The notes below the pieces were generated by a model. That model searched no databases, was not told the origin of the DNA, and saw only the letters and a list, made by a program, of their open reading frames with translations. DNA of 64,000 nt from Arenicellales bacterium (GTDB lineage Bacteria; Pseudomonadota; Gammaproteobacteria; Arenicellales; JAJDZL01), in contig CBDEVD010000005.1 of NCBI GenBank assembly GCA_965243645.1, positions 23,258-87,257 of the forward strand. Direction: 5' to 3'. This document shows, in pieces, positions 1 to 11,677 of this stretch. Position 1 is the stretch's first letter. Each line of letters opens with the position of its first letter. Both the position numbers and the translations under genes were made by a program.

Positions 1-1081
1 TCTCGACACCATCACCTGTTATCGAAGACAGCCAAATCTTTCGCACTTCGCCTGCTTCATTGGTTTTGGTCTTTGCGGTGATATCCAATAAATCAATTTT
101 GTTGTAAACAGCGAGTCTAGGAATATCCTGCGCACCGATCTCGTCCAGCACTGACTCAACATCGGCGATTCTCTGGTCAGCATCCTCACTGGACGCATCA
201 ATCACATGCAGCAGCAACGAAGCACTTGAGACTTCTTCAAGCGTTGCATGAAAGGACGAAACCAAGCCGTGCGGCAACTCCCTGATAAAGCCCACCGTGT
301 CTGACAGAATCACCGGACCGTAATCGGGAAGCTCAATCCTGCGCATGGTCGTATCCAAGGTTGAAAAAAGTGCGTCTTGCGACAAAACACCCGCACCGCT
401 CAAGCGATTAAAGAGCGATGACTTACCAGCATTGGTGTATCCCACCAAGGCAACTGTAGCAATCGGCACTTTCTTTCGACTGTGTCGACGAAGCTCGCGT
501 TGGGTTGAAACCTTGTCCAAGCGTTTAACCAGCGTTTTGATACGCTGCCCGATCAATCGTCGGTCAGTTTCCAGCTGAGTTTCGCCAGGGCCGCGCAGAC
601 CGATACCCCCTTTTTGGCGCTCAAGGTGCGTCCAACCGCGCACCAGCCGGGTTGACAGGTGCCGCAGTTGCGCCAACTCCACTTGCAATTTACCCTCTTT
701 ACTGGAGGCGCGGCTCGCAAAAATATCCAGTATCAGTCGCGTGCGATCAATCACGCGACACTGCACCGTACCCTCGAGATTGCGTTCCTGGATGGGTGAG
801 ATTGCATGATCCACAATTACGAGCGAAGCATGAGTTTGAGCGGCTAAGGCCTTGAGTTCCTCGACTTTTCCTGAGCCGATAAATGTTGAACTGCTCGGCG
901 TACGGCGCTTTGACAGGATCACGCCGACCACTTCAGCACCCGCCGACTGCGCAAGCAATTGAATCTCTTCAAAGGGGCCCAACTCGTCAACTTGCTGACC
1001 TGCTTCCTGTCGAACCAGAATCGCACGCTCCGTATCAGTTGCGTTGGGAGAAGTCGTATTACTAGCTAGAAATCCGGTCAA
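1..1081 (-). CDS. hflX: GTPase HflX, N-terminal ~360 codons (3' end lies beyond the left edge)
   Basis: The reverse frame reads ERAILV...LVRGWTHLERQKGGIGLRGPGETQLETDRR...VALVGYTNAGKSSLFNRL...DTVGFIRELPH...YNKIDLL, which is the HflX N-domain plus G motifs. It is missing from the ORF track because it has no stop inside the window. There is no in-frame ATG; TTG at 1079-1081 is the first plausible start, so the start is uncertain. Confidence 0.85.
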   Translation of the reverse strand, partial: MTGFLASNTTSPNATDTERAILVRQEAGQQVDELGPFEEIQLLAQSAGAEVVGVILSKRRTPSSSTFIGSGKVEELKALAAQTHASLVIVDHAISPIQERNLEGTVQCRVIDRTRLILDIFASRASSKEGKLQVELAQLRHLSTRLVRGWTHLERQKGGIGLRGPGETQLETDRRLIGQRIKTLVKRLDKVSTQRELRRHSRKKVPIATVALVGYTNAGKSSLFNRLSGAGVLSQDALFSTLDTTMRRIELPDYGPVILSDTVGFIRELPHGLVSSFHATLEEVSSASLLLHVIDASSEDADQRIADVESVLDEIGAQDIPRLAVYNKIDLLDITAKTKTNEAGEVRKIWLSSITGDGVE

Positions 1082-1132
1082 TCGTTCAGGCGGTTGGAAT
1101 GTAACGCGGTGGGTAGAATAAATGGAATTGCT

Positions 1133-1142
1133 GGGGGGGGGG
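1133..1142. repeat. G10 (C10 on the hflX strand) homopolymer tract about 50 nt upstream of the putative hflX start
   Basis: Read directly: ...ctgggggggggg ttaaaaaa... Confidence 0.9.
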
Positions 1143-1578
1143 TTAAAAAATCACCTTCTGTCAGCACGGCAGGTGTGATGGATCAACTCACTACAGTATG
1201 GATTCATTCCGTTCAGTATATCCCAAAGCTGCTACAGCTTTTGACGCAACACTGCCGATCGAGTCAAACTGCCATAGATCGGCAGTAAACTTACCAAAAA
1301 ACATAACCAGCGATTACGCGCCGAAATCGAAAGATTCTGTCTGCATGGGTAGCGGTCAAAGTACCAATCGATCAATTTCGATAATTCGATTTCAACTCAC
1401 CGATTACATTTTTTATGGCTTTGGCAGACGCAACGCGATAGCTGAAATCGCCTGATGAAATGGTTTGTGCCATTCCTAGCCATTCGCTAGGCCGAAAACG
1501 CAATCAATCAGGCAGTTTCAAAGCTTGGCATTTCAAAATTCAGCATCGTGAGTTAACCGAAGTCAAGAATTCATAAGC

Positions 1579-2078
1579 TTACAATTCACGTTCAGCGACG
1601 AAATTCAAATAAGGAGCAAAGGCTTCGTTAACTGATTCCGGTGTCAAATCATAATCGTTCAGATCGAAACTGTGTCGCGGTTCGTTGCGACGTTGTTCCT
1701 CTTGCAATATGAGCCACTCCTGCATTTGATCGATCGCAGTTGTCTGCAAAGATCAATTCAATTGCGAATAAATGTCATGAACCACAGCCATCGGATCCCG
1801 AACCAAATCGCTGTACCGCACATCCACCCAGCGTTTTTCAATCTCAGGATGGTCTAATCTGAATTGAATCGCGTTGTTGAGCATATCGCACATCAGCACG
1901 ACCTTGAGCAGCGCACAATGAAAGGCTGCCGCTTCCATGTGCCCAACATTACTCTTCACACTCGATATTCGCAACGGCAATGCCCGTTCGGTACTACTGA
2001 AGGCGGTCGCGAGTGCATTGCCTTCAATCGGGTCTCCAACGGGCGTACCCGTCGCATGGGCTTCGATGTAATCGAATT
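1579..2078 (-). pseudogene. Fossil: C-terminal part of a ketosynthase domain fused by deletion (~1836) to the C-terminal part of a sulfotransferase, with an in-frame TGA at 1753-1755
   Basis: [18 protein letters not shown]...[14 protein letters not shown]...LLKVVL is a KS C-terminal motif. It runs directly into ...[39 protein letters not shown]...FAPYLNFVAEREL, a sulfotransferase-type tail. The same frame continues through the TGA. Confidence 0.7.
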
Positions 2079-2260
2079 GGGACTTATAGACCTTACTTGA
2101 CAAAATCAAGTAAATGCATACTCTCTTGACGGATCATCGAGGTTACCTAGGTAATCGCCTCTCCCACGTCCAATCGCCCGAGTCCCCAAGGCTTTAATAT
2201 TCAATGCAGCATTCACATCTGCATTGTCCGAATGATCACAGACCACACACCGGAATACCG
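2079..2260 (-). ncRNA. Putative TnpB omega (right-end) RNA region; extent is a guess
   Basis: By analogy with characterised TnpB systems, where the guide RNA scaffold overlaps the 3' end of tnpB and ends at the element's right end. Only the hairpin at 2093-2113 is actually visible. Confidence 0.25.
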
Positions 2261-3329
2261 CCTGACTCCGGCGATTGTCTGCATCAATGTGTCCACACGT
2301 ATGACACCGGCGACTGGTATTGATCGCACTGACTTCTATCACTTCAGTTTTATATGCCAGCTTCTGCTTCAATCCATACCAGCCGGTGTTCAATATCTCG
2401 CGATTCAATCCCGACTTGGCCGCTACATTCACTCCGGGTTCTTCGACTGTGCCTTTGGCTGATTTTGTCATCCCTTGGGTGCTTAAATCCTCTACCACTG
2501 CATACTGATAATCATTGGCAATGGCTCGGGATTCCTGGTGATGCCAGTTCGAACGAATGTGCTTGATCTTACGTGAGGCTTTCTTCGCGCGTTTGCGGGT
2601 TTTCAAATACCGGTTCGAGGGCTTGATCCCCTGTTTGTGAATCGGTCTTTGCTGACGCGCCATCCGGCGCTGATAACGGTTGCGCTTCGCTTCAAGTGTC
2701 TTGACATCCGGTAAGTGTCTGATCTCACCCTCACTGGTTGCAAACTGACCCACATTCATGTCAATGCCAACAGCTCTACCGTTATCTGTTACTTGAATCA
2801 ATTCCTCACTGACTTCATAACACACGGTTGCATAATACTTGTCTTCTTCCCGTTTGATCACCACTTGCTTGGTGTTACAACCGTCGTAGGGATTGGAACC
2901 GCTCAACACCACCTGACCGATTCTTTGCAAATGTAGACTGGTACCGCTTAGTTTAAAAGAACCTTCCGGAAATGTGACTGAATCATCGTGGTAGATTTTG
3001 GACTTGAACTTGGGATAGCCTTTCTTGGATTTGAAAAACTGCTGCCAGGCATCAGCTTGATATTTTAGTGCGTAGCGTATGGGGGCATACGGCAGTGTCT
3101 TGAGCCATTCGGTTTGCTTGCGCAGTTCGGTGAAACATTTACCGAGAGAGAAGAAACTTGTTTCAGGACGCGGCAAGGACTGATCATCCTCATGGGCGCG
3201 CATCATTTGCTGGTTGATACCAAGGAAGTGATTCCACACAAAGCGGGTGGCACCCAGGCACTGGTTGAGTAAATTGGCCTTGGTGCGGGTCAGTGGATAC
3301 AGGCGATAACGAATGTTTCGGTGAGGCAT
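2106..3329 (-). CDS. tnpB: TnpB (OrfB) RNA-guided endonuclease-family protein
   Basis: 407 aa. RuvC-like segments (AVGIDMNVG..., YAVVEDLS..., [11 protein letters not shown]) and a zinc ribbon CHTCGH...FRCVVCDH near the C-terminus. Typical OrfB_IS605 layout. Confidence 0.85.
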   Translation of the reverse strand: MPHRNIRYRLYPLTRTKANLLNQCLGATRFVWNHFLGINQQMMRAHEDDQSLPRPETSFFSLGKCFTELRKQTEWLKTLPYAPIRYALKYQADAWQQFFKSKKGYPKFKSKIYHDDSVTFPEGSFKLSGTSLHLQRIGQVVLSGSNPYDGCNTKQVVIKREEDKYYATVCYEVSEELIQVTDNGRAVGIDMNVGQFATSEGEIRHLPDVKTLEAKRNRYQRRMARQQRPIHKQGIKPSNRYLKTRKRAKKASRKIKHIRSNWHHQESRAIANDYQYAVVEDLSTQGMTKSAKGTVEEPGVNVAAKSGLNREILNTGWYGLKQKLAYKTEVIEVSAINTSRRCHTCGHIDADNRRSQAVFRCVVCDHSDNADVNAALNIKALGTRAIGRGRGDYLGNLDDPSREYAFT

Positions 3330-3733
3330 GGATATATAACCGATCTTATAGGATTGTATTATATATCATTGTTATTATGTTTATTATTAATGTTGTCAAC
3401 TTATCTATATAGTGCGCCGTGGAAAGGTGCTTGTCTCTAGTGGGTGCGAATCCCACCCAACAGTTGTCGTTGTCGGTTGGTAGCGACTGAAACGGATCAT
3501 GGAGGTAACGACATGGTTTGAAGCATTTCAGATAGAAGGGTTGCGTAAGGCAACTCAGCGACCATACGGGCCAGAACGCGAGTGAACGTTGAGCAGGCCT
3601 CGAAAATAGTAATGCGGAAGCTGATTCTGTCTATATTCAGAAGAAAGCCGGTGGCATCTTGGGAAGTAAGCGACATCAGCACTGAGATGTTTCCGCCGGG
3701 GTATTGACGCTGGCTGTAGGTAACGGTTGAATC

Positions 3734-3765
3734 TCCCCACTATGTTGCCCACTACATAGTGGGGA
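3734..3765. repeat. 32-nt 12-8-12 palindromic junction site of RIT element 1 (TCCCCACTATGT tgcccact ACATAGTGGGGA)
   Basis: Read directly. The outer 6 nt (TCCCCA) belong to IS21 repeat L1. The same hexamer ends the opposite IR at 7184-7189. Confidence 0.85.
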
Positions 3766-3798
3766 CTATCTCGCCAACCGAACTATGTAGCGTAGTTT
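3760..3798. repeat. RIT1 terminal inverted repeat, left copy
   Basis: TGGGGACTATCTCGCCAACCGAACTATGTAGCGTAGTTT is the exact reverse complement of 7151-7189. Confidence 0.95.
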
Positions 3799-3878
3799 CT
3801 GAAGGCAACGTTATCATGTTGAAAAGAAATAATAATAGTGTACGAATTTTCGAACAACGCTACATAGTATTTCTACGC

Positions 3879-4889
3879 TCACAAGCTGTCGAGAAACTTC
3901 ATCAGTTGATCATCTGCGGTAAAGCGCGTTGGTTTTTGCGAAAGTGGCGTCACTTTGGCGAGTGCCTGAATTTTCATCTCCATCGTCGCTTCTACGTAGA
4001 TCTGAGTAGTTTCAACATGCTCGTGCCCTAACCACAATGCAATGGTTGACCGGTCTACGCCACCTTGCAACAACTCCATTGCCGCGGTGTGCCGCAATAG
4101 GTGGACGCTGAGTTGTTTAATTGCGAGTGTAGGGCATTGTATGGCTGCCTTTTTTTGATGTTTTTTCAACATGTACTGAACACCGTGGATCGTTAACGAG
4201 TCACCGCGAAAATTTGGAAACAATTGCTTAGAGTTTCCACGGTCCGGTTCCCGCATCCAGCGGGTCAGCACTGAACGAGTGGATTTTGCCAGCGGTGTAC
4301 AACGTTGCTTACGTCCTTTACCGAAAACCCGCAAGTGAGAACTTTCACCCAAAATGACATCTTCGCGCTTCAGTGCGGTCATCTCCGATACCCGAAGCCC
4401 AGTTTGTACTGCCGTGAGAATAAAGGCGTGATCGCGCCGCCCAATCCACGTACTGCGCACGGGAGCGTTCAGCAACGCGACCACCTCTTCCCGGCGAAGA
4501 AAGCCAATTTGTTTGTGCACAAAACGTTTGGCCGGAATAGCCAGCACTTTTTGAATTTGTACTGAATGTTCGGGGAACGTCTGCTCAAATGCGTAGCGGA
4601 AAAACGACTGAATTGCAGTCAATCTCAGATTTCGGGTGCGGATACTGACCTTACGGGCAGTTTCCAGATCATCAAGAAACGCTGAGATTAAAGTTTCATC
4701 AAGCTGATTGAACAGTAACTTGGAAGGTTCCTGTCCCAAGTATTTGGCTGCAAAATCGAACAGTTGTCGAAATGTATCGCGATATGACTTGACCGTATGA
4801 TGGCTTGCTTGACGTTGGTTGGTCAGGCGTTGAAAAAAGTACTGCTTGATCAGAACGGTCAATTCATTGGGGGTGGTGTGAGGATTCAT
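3879..4889 (-). CDS. ritC: Tyrosine recombinase, third gene of trio 1
   Basis: Phage-integrase fold motifs (...GLRVSE..., HLLRHTAAMELL, LGHEHVETTQIYVE). The ATG at 4889 overlaps the upstream stop (ATGA). The ORF track's longer start at 4904 is less likely. Confidence 0.85.
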   Translation of the reverse strand: MNPHTTPNELTVLIKQYFFQRLTNQRQASHHTVKSYRDTFRQLFDFAAKYLGQEPSKLLFNQLDETLISAFLDDLETARKVSIRTRNLRLTAIQSFFRYAFEQTFPEHSVQIQKVLAIPAKRFVHKQIGFLRREEVVALLNAPVRSTWIGRRDHAFILTAVQTGLRVSEMTALKREDVILGESSHLRVFGKGRKQRCTPLAKSTRSVLTRWMREPDRGNSKQLFPNFRGDSLTIHGVQYMLKKHQKKAAIQCPTLAIKQLSVHLLRHTAAMELLQGGVDRSTIALWLGHEHVETTQIYVEATMEMKIQALAKVTPLSQKPTRFTADDQLMKFLDSL

Positions 4890-5830
4890 AACACACCTTC
4901 CCAACGACGTTCGAGTTTTCGCATGGCCTGTGACATCAACCCAGGATTACTTTCCAGATACCAGTAGGTATTGCCAATGCGCACATGGCCCAGGTAGGCC
5001 GAAAGCACGGGCAATATCTTTTCCGGATCGGCATCGCTGCGATAACAATTCTCCAGAGCTCTGACTGCGAAGCGGTGTCTGAAATCTTGCAGACGTGGTC
5101 CATGGGAATCATGCGTTTTGCGCAGACCAGACTGGATTGTCAAAGCGCGGAAAGTGTCTTGTACCAGCCCTTTGGATAATCGTGTGCCGTTGCGCGTTAC
5201 AAACAACTGTTCGGCCACTGGGTGGCCGCACCAATATTGTGCCCGCCGCTGTATATACTCCTCAAGCGCTGTACAGGTCGACTCATGGATTGGAACAAGA
5301 CGCGTACGATCGTATTTTTCCGCATGAACTGTGATCAATGCACGATTTAAATCGACATCCTTGAGTTTTAGTCCGCAGGCCTCACCGGGCCGCATTCCTG
5401 TAACGCACAGCAATCCAATCAAACAATAGTAGGTCCATGGACGCAATGCATCATGTCGTGTTCGACAAGGCATATTTTGTGCGCTCTGCATCAAGATGCA
5501 CACTTCTTCTTCCGTGTACAGATATGGTTTCGGTCGACTACGCTTTGCCGACAGTACATGGAAAGCAGGAATTTCGGTTCTTGGATCAGCAATTTGTCGA
5601 TAACGCGCAAATTCTCGTACCATGCCAAGACGGGCAACCGCCCAAGCAGGCTTTGCTTCGCCCGGCAACTGCGCCCATTTGACCGCCCATGCTTCGGTGA
5701 TATACGATTGCTTGTGCTGCTCGAGATACATGACAAATTGCGTCAAATACCGTTCTGCATCAGACAGTTTAAATCCGAGGCTACGTCTGAGGTTCACGTA
5801 ATCGTGAACCGCCTGTTTCATTGTATTCAT
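4886..5830 (-). CDS. ritB: Tyrosine recombinase, second gene of trio 1
   Basis: GMRPGEAC..., FRHRFAVRAL, LGHVRIGNTYWYLE. The ATG at 5830 overlaps the ritA stop by 1 nt (TGATG). Confidence 0.85.
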   Translation of the reverse strand: MNTMKQAVHDYVNLRRSLGFKLSDAERYLTQFVMYLEQHKQSYITEAWAVKWAQLPGEAKPAWAVARLGMVREFARYRQIADPRTEIPAFHVLSAKRSRPKPYLYTEEEVCILMQSAQNMPCRTRHDALRPWTYYCLIGLLCVTGMRPGEACGLKLKDVDLNRALITVHAEKYDRTRLVPIHESTCTALEEYIQRRAQYWCGHPVAEQLFVTRNGTRLSKGLVQDTFRALTIQSGLRKTHDSHGPRLQDFRHRFAVRALENCYRSDADPEKILPVLSAYLGHVRIGNTYWYLESNPGLMSQAMRKLERRWEGVL

Positions 5831-7059
5831 CAGCTTACTCCCGGCCACCGCAGTGTCAAACCACGCAGTGCATCAATATCGACCTTGGTGTAAATATGCG
5901 TGCTCTCAAGGTCGCGGTGGCTGAGCAAGTTTCCAATCTGTTCCAGTGAGGCACCTTGGCTCAACATTGTGGTGGCAACCGCATGTCGTAATTGATGGCT
6001 CCCGCGGGTTGGCGCATCGATGCCAGCGCGCTGGATTTGACGACTGACCAGGCTGCAAACACCGACTGAAGTTTTAAATCCGTCGTATGGCGCATTGACA
6101 CGCAAAAACACGCGTCGGCTGTGACTTTTCGGACGCGCATTTTGCAGATAATCAACCATCGAATCACCGATTTGTTGGGTTAACGGATAGCGACTTTGAC
6201 GCCCACTTTTTAACGTTACGGTCAGCGTTGAAGTGCTCCAGTCAATATCATCAAGTGTCAAGAATGCCACCTCGCAAGCACGTAATCCCAACCGTGCGAG
6301 CAACAAAATGATTGCGTAGTCTCGCTTTCCGGTCGCCGTAGTGCAGTCAACGCTGTCCAATAGCTTTTCCACCTGTTCGGATGCCATTGCGCGCGGCAAC
6401 GATTGCTGTGACCAGCCCGCCACCGAAGGTACTTGAGAGATTGTTTCAGTCAGTTTTCCGGTTTGACGATTCACATAGCGCAGAAACGAACGTAATGCAA
6501 CGGCAATAGCTTGTACGCTTGCAACTTGATTCAATAGTTTGGCTTTATGACGCAAATAACTAATCACGCCTTCGGTGCATAATGAATCAAAATCCACAGC
6601 TTCATTGCCAAATTGATAATGGAGGAATTCTCGAACGACTGCGCGATAACACCGAATGGTGCCTCCGGCCAGATTCCTTTGTACTCGCAAATACTGCGCA
6701 TACTGCGCAACACAATGGTCCACCGATGACAAGACTTGAACTGTGCAAGTCAAAGCTGGAAGTCCTTCCGATTGTAAATAGATGGATAAATGCCCAATCG
6801 CATTGCGTGCATGCGTTCGCACGATGCCTTTCTTGGTTTCCAAATAGCGTTCGGTCTGTTCTTCCGAAAATGTGTCGAGTCCAATTTGCTGCTCTGCCAA
6901 CCATTCGCTGAATCGGGCAACGTGACGCGATATGCAATAAACAGTTACCGGTGCATACTGTTTTGCGCGTAATACCTCAGCAAATTGGGACAAATGTGAA
7001 GCGAACGGTCCAATTGCTGGCCGTCGAAACGTAATTTGATCATAATTCCGATTACTCAT
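5830..7059 (-). CDS. ritA: Tyrosine recombinase, first and largest gene of trio 1
   Basis: GLRACEV..., HQLRHAVATTML, LSHRDLESTHIYTKV. The ATG at 7059 is preceded by GGCAGGAGC. Confidence 0.85.
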   Translation of the reverse strand: MSNRNYDQITFRRPAIGPFASHLSQFAEVLRAKQYAPVTVYCISRHVARFSEWLAEQQIGLDTFSEEQTERYLETKKGIVRTHARNAIGHLSIYLQSEGLPALTCTVQVLSSVDHCVAQYAQYLRVQRNLAGGTIRCYRAVVREFLHYQFGNEAVDFDSLCTEGVISYLRHKAKLLNQVASVQAIAVALRSFLRYVNRQTGKLTETISQVPSVAGWSQQSLPRAMASEQVEKLLDSVDCTTATGKRDYAIILLLARLGLRACEVAFLTLDDIDWSTSTLTVTLKSGRQSRYPLTQQIGDSMVDYLQNARPKSHSRRVFLRVNAPYDGFKTSVGVCSLVSRQIQRAGIDAPTRGSHQLRHAVATTMLSQGASLEQIGNLLSHRDLESTHIYTKVDIDALRGLTLRWPGVS

Positions 7060-7150
7060 AATATAGCTCCTGCCCATAAACGGGCTGTGATTGAAGCCTA
7101 TACTATGTCGTCATCGATTTGATTTTTTACAATTAAATTAGGATGTTAAT

Positions 7151-7189
7151 AAACTACGCTACATAGTTCGGTTGGCGAGATAGTCCCCA
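7151..7189. repeat. RIT1 terminal inverted repeat, right copy
   Basis: Exact reverse complement of 3760-3798. Confidence 0.95.
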
Positions 7190-7228
7190 ATATAAACGGT
7201 TGAAATTCCCCAGTTGTGGGAACAAAGG

Positions 7229-7264
7229 TTTGCCTTCCTGCCTTTTAAAAGGCAGGAAGGCAAA
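7229..7264. repeat. 36-bp perfect loop-less palindrome (TTTGCCTTCCTGCCTTTT/AAAAGGCAGGAAGGCAAA) between the IS21 left-end repeats and istA
   Basis: Read directly. It may be a read-through insulator or terminator-like hairpin of the IS. Confidence 0.8.
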
Positions 7265-7320
7265 ATCGATAATTTTGCTCTATGGTTCGGGTTTTCCACA
7301 CCTCAACCTAGAACACAACC

Positions 7321-9389
<2,069 letters not shown>

Positions 9390-10026
9390 CGCGCTCCTTG
9401 GGCTCAAGCGCAAACTGAAATGTTGACACAATTGAATGTCGAACAATTTAAAAATAATAATCTCAGGAGGCTCTGATCTACAATAACGGCTGATCACCGA
9501 TTCACCCGAAAGTGGGGATTTTCAATCGCGACTTTTGGGGATTTTGAGACCGTTACCTACACTGGCACGTGTGGAAGAGGAGAGAGGTGGCAACACGGGA
9601 AGCCCTGGCAGTGGTGAAGCACACACCAAACTGGTAATCCGCGAGGACTGGACTGGGCTGTCAGGGTGGGTACGCCAGGCTAACTGGCATAAGGGTAGTC
9701 GGTGAAAGTCCGATGGATAGTAAATGTTAACCACATGCTGTCGCCGCGAGCCGTGCGCTGATACTCGTGAGGGTATTGGTGAAGTGTCGGTAGCGGTACG
9801 CATAGCCGCGATGATAGAGCATCGAAAAACAGGTCTTTTAGAGAGTCGAGACTTTTCACCCGGTCGAAGACAATATCGGCTGTACTGTAATGGTGAGGTA
9901 CATTTGATCTCTGCGGTGTCGAAGGAATCGATGGATGTGCGCATGCCCTATGTTGGGACCTGGGAGGGGTTTATCTTTCCTTGACGGTCGTGTCAAGGAC
10001 GCTGAAAGAAAGGAGGTATTCTGAAT

Positions 10027-11514
10027 TTGAAGATGAACGGGATAAACCAGTCGGATGCAGGCATAGTACTGATGACAGCGGCGAACAAAGAGGTGCAAGC
10101 CTTGGCGGAGTCGAACGAGGGAAGGGCTGCAACCAAAGGGAATCTGCAAAGCCAAAGCACGTGCCGCACACGGGGGCGGGAGAGCGTGTCACAGGCGGTG
10201 GAGCGGATACGGCAGGCTGTGAAGAGAAATCCGAAGGAGAAACTCACTGCGCTGTTGCACCATATATCGGTAGATACGCTTTGCTGGTCGTTTTACTCAT
10301 TGAAGAAGAACGCAGCGGCAGGTGTTGACGGTGTTGTATGGGAAGAGTACGAGCAGGAGTTGGACAGTCATTTGGCTGACCTGCACCGGCGCGTACATAC
10401 AGGTGCGTACCGGGCGCTGCCATCGCGGCGGGTGAATATCCCCAAAGCCGATGGTGGGACACGACCGCTCGGCATTGCTGCATTGGAGGACAAGATTGTC
10501 CAAAAGGCGGTGGTGGAGTTGATTCTTACGCCGATTTACGAGGCGGAGTTTCTTGGATTCAGTCATGGATTCCGGCCGGGACGGGGAGCGCATGATGCGC
10601 TCGATGTGCTGGCTTACGGAATCACGGAGCGCAAAGTCAACTGGATAGTAGACGCAGACATTCGTGCATTCTTTGATCGTATAGACAGAGACTGGCTGGT
10701 TCGGTTTCTGGAGCACCGTATCGGGGACAAGCGGGTGATTCGCCTGATTATCAAGTGGCTGAACGCTGGTGTAATGGAAAGTGGTAAATGGCAGGACGAC
10801 TTACGCGGAGTTCCACAAGGAGCGATTGTGAGCCCCGTTCTGGCTAACGTTTACCTACATTATGTGCTGGATTTGTGGTTTCACAAAAAGTGGAGGCCGA
10901 ATCAGGCACGGGGGCAGGCGATGATAGTTCGCTATGCGGATGACTTTGTGGTCTGTTTCCAATACCAACAGGACGCACAGCGGTTTGTGTGCGATCTGGA
11001 GAAACGACTAAGGGATTTTGCATTGGAGTTGCATCCTGACAAGACCCGCATGATCGAGTTTGGGCGTTTTGCTTGGCAAGACCGCACGGCTCGTGGTGAG
11101 GGTCGTCCTGAGACGTTTGACTTTCTGGGTTTTACGCACTATTGTCGTAAAACAAGAAAAGGCAAATTTGGGCTGGGACGTAAACCGATTGCAAAACGGG
11201 TTAACCGCACACTTAATCGGATTAAGGCTGAGTTGCGGCGGCGGATGCACCATGATGTGTATGAAGTTGCCCGCTGGCTGGGACAAGTGCTGCGTGGCTG
11301 GTTAGGCTACTATGCTGTACCCACCAGTGGACCGTCCCTGAATTCTTTCGTTCACTGCATCAAAGCAATTTGGCTGAGAGTTCTGCGTCGACGGTCTCAA
11401 AAAGACCGTTTCTGCGGTATCCGTCTCGACCAGATTGTTCAAACGTGCTGGCCGCCTGTGAAGATATTACACCCATGGCCGGATCAACGGTTTGCCGTCA
11501 AACACCTAAGGTAG
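10027..11514 (+). CDS. Group II intron reverse transcriptase/maturase (intron 1)
   Basis: RT motifs AAGVDG, PKADGGTRPLGI, VPQGAIVSPVLANVYL, RYADDFVV, and the X/maturase region LRGWLGYY. No obvious HNH domain. Confidence 0.9.
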   Translation: MKMNGINQSDAGIVLMTAANKEVQALAESNEGRAATKGNLQSQSTCRTRGRESVSQAVERIRQAVKRNPKEKLTALLHHISVDTLCWSFYSLKKNAAAGVDGVVWEEYEQELDSHLADLHRRVHTGAYRALPSRRVNIPKADGGTRPLGIAALEDKIVQKAVVELILTPIYEAEFLGFSHGFRPGRGAHDALDVLAYGITERKVNWIVDADIRAFFDRIDRDWLVRFLEHRIGDKRVIRLIIKWLNAGVMESGKWQDDLRGVPQGAIVSPVLANVYLHYVLDLWFHKKWRPNQARGQAMIVRYADDFVVCFQYQQDAQRFVCDLEKRLRDFALELHPDKTRMIEFGRFAWQDRTARGEGRPETFDFLGFTHYCRKTRKGKFGLGRKPIAKRVNRTLNRIKAELRRRMHHDVYEVARWLGQVLRGWLGYYAVPTSGPSLNSFVHCIKAIWLRVLRRRSQKDRFCGIRLDQIVQTCWPPVKILHPWPDQRFAVKHLR

Positions 11515-11547
11515 GAGCCGTATGCGTTAGCGCGCACGTACGGATTC
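11515..11547 (+). ncRNA. Group II intron domain V (intron 1)
   Basis: GAGCCGTATGCGTTAGCGCGCACGTACGGATTC. AGC triad, two-part helix, starts right after the RT stop. Confidence 0.8.
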
Positions 11548-11677
11548 TGTGCGGGGGGAAGGCAGTAATGCTTTTCCCTACCGCGACCGGAGAGGTTCGT
11601 AGTACCGGAGAAGTCGGGTAATGCCGATGGAGGGAAGGGACCTTGATTCGGAAGCAGTATGTAAAGGCAGAAAGGAC

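Larger units (their letters stand above)
2079..3411 (-). mobile_element. tnpB-only IS200/IS605-family (IS1341-like) element, tnpB-proximal part
   Basis: A single TnpB ORF. An 8-bp-stem subterminal hairpin (TTACTTGA caaaa TCAAGTAA, 2093-2113) overlaps the tnpB stop and lies 14 nt from the end at 2079. AT-rich promoter-like leader at 3330-3411. The other end may be 16831-16907. Confidence 0.55.
3740..7189 (-). mobile_element. RIT (recombinase-in-trio) element 1, inserted between IS21 left-end repeats L1 and L2
   Basis: Three consecutive overlapping tyrosine-recombinase genes. Perfect 39-bp terminal inverted repeats (3760-3798 vs 7151-7189). A 20-nt unique segment (3740-3759) at the ritC-proximal end. 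Confidence 0.85.

Noticed and set aside
3444-3448. A second GTGCG that could be the 5' end of group II intron 1
   Set aside because: It lies inside a local hairpin (TGGGTGcgaatcCCACCCA). The GTGCGCC at 3412 looks more like a canonical intron 5' end. This is not excluded and is noted as uncertainty.
9522-10328. Several overlapping 73-140 aa ORFs on both strands upstream of and overlapping the RT1 start
   Set aside because: They fall in the structured, ORF-free domains I-IV of a group II intron. They have odd composition and overlap one another, so they are taken as spurious.
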